Of a DNA stretch of 64,000 nucleotides, positions 62,533 to 64,000 are shown piece after piece. Every line of letters starts with the position of its first letter. The first letter of the stretch is position 1. The position numbers and the translations under genes were made by a program. Origin of the DNA: Lama glama. Taxonomy: Eukaryota. Under the pieces are notes generated by a model, which did no database searches, was not told the DNA's origin, and saw only the letters and a list, made by a program, of their open reading frames with translations. The stretch lies in the NCBI GenBank assembly GCA_028534125.1, contig CM052817.1:40798001-40862000 (forward strand), given 5' to 3'.

Positions 62533-64000
62533 AAAGCCCATTTTCTTTAATACCTCCCATATCATTCTCTTCCCAAGTTTCAGTCCTCAGGACAGGTGAA
62601 AACACCACCTTTGCTTCCAAATTCTTCAGTCGCCCAGGAACGGAGCCATCCTTTTTGATAAGCCAAAAACACAGCAAGCGTTACTTCAAGCCTGCCTGCC
62701 CTCCACCTATTCCTCAGAGAAGTATGCATCGAACACGTACAGAATGCCCTCAATCGCTAGCTAAAATGTACTGAGTGTGAGCCGTTCACACACTGCAGAG
62801 CCCTCCTATGACCTCTAGAGGCTGTGGCATAGATTTTACAGCAATGGCATGGTGCTGTTACTCGGGCTGCTGCTGGCATGAGGGAGGTCTTTGTGCAAAG
62901 CAGGAAAAGGGGCCCCTCTGGTGGCTCACAGAAAACCTCTCCCATCCCCAATCTTCTGGCAGCCCCATTGCCTTCCCCAACAGACGCCTTTGTGGGCTCA
63001 ACTCTCAGACAAGCCAGTAAGTCAGATGACTGATAATAGAAAAACTCCTGGAAACATTTGTTGGTTAAAGGATGAAGTTATTACAAAAACAGACCAAATG
63101 CTCATAATTACTTTAAGGGAAACGAGCCACATGAATTTGTTTAAATTTGGCCAGACCCTCAAACCCAGTCCACTTTGCTCAGACATGTGCACTTTTACAT
63201 CGAAAAATCTAACAAAGCCCTGAAGGGTGAGGAAGGCTTGTAATCTGAAAGTGGACCTGCTGTGGTTCCCAGTGCTGTTGAGTCTGCTGACTACAGAACC
63301 ACGAGCTTTGCCTGTTCAGTTAAGCGCCGCTGCAGGGACAAGAGGTGGAGGAACCAACCCAGTAAGTTGTCTGCTGCTTGATGGTCCCAAGTCTCCAGCC
63401 CAGATATTTGTCTAGTGCGGAAAAGCTGAGCTCATAAGGAAGTGGGGAGTGCCGGGAAAAGCTTTAGCACATCCCTCGTAGGGAGGCCAAACGTGAGATC
63501 AGTCACTGCTTCCAGCCACTGCGGCAACTGCAGAGAATGAGATGTTAATTTATGCATATTGCCATCAGCAGCCTGGGAAGTGAGTTCTGTAATCTGTCTG
63601 ATTCTCAGGCCCACATAGCTGCCGCTCTGTAACCTCTGGGCTCCAGTCAGGAGCAGAGCCTTCCACTGCAGTGGCCACCACTGGGATCAGCAGACCTGAC
63701 CCTACTTCCTAACTTCCTTTTCCATCCCCACGCTCTCCCACGAGTTCTTCCTTGCGTCCCCTGTACAACTCTGAGATGCCCTGGTAGTAGGACAATAAGG
63801 AAAACTTTGCATCCACTTAGAACAATTGGTGACTGGCTGGAAATGGTTTTCTTCAGCCCACGGGGAAACAATGATGTGTGCGAGAATGAAATAGGTTTAT
63901 TTCATGTGGTTTTAAGAGGCCATTTGGAACCACAGAAAAATAGCACCCAGCTTTGCAGTACTGGAAAGTTGAACTTGCAGGTTGTTTATGATTTTCCCCC

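Overview
Mammalian (eutherian) genomic DNA, most likely camelid. This is inferred from tRNA-derived SINEs resembling the camelid vic-1 type and from cetartiodactyl-type L1 tails. There are no prokaryotic features. The main functional landmark is a CpG island at about 6690-7810 that looks like the promoter and first exon(s) of a + strand gene I cannot name. It has two candidate splice donors (7489 and 7640) and a possible 23-codon first coding exon (7571-7639). The remaining ~56 kb reads like one very long intron, and I could not support any further coding exon. It is filled with interspersed repeats: MIR, L2, CR1/L3, several ages of L1/HAL1, MaLR/ERVL/ERV1 solo LTRs, hAT DNA transposons and microsatellites. 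The most notable items are: an apparently full-length young L1 whose body is hidden in a 500-N assembly gap (TSD and YY1-bearing 5' end visible); an old L1 with an ORF1-to-RT internal deletion carrying several nested insertions; an LTR inside an LTR; and a MER121-like conserved element upstream of the promoter. I found no convincing previously undescribed biological system. Repeat family names come from my recollection of consensus sequences, not from a database search, and boundaries are approximate unless a TSD is quoted.
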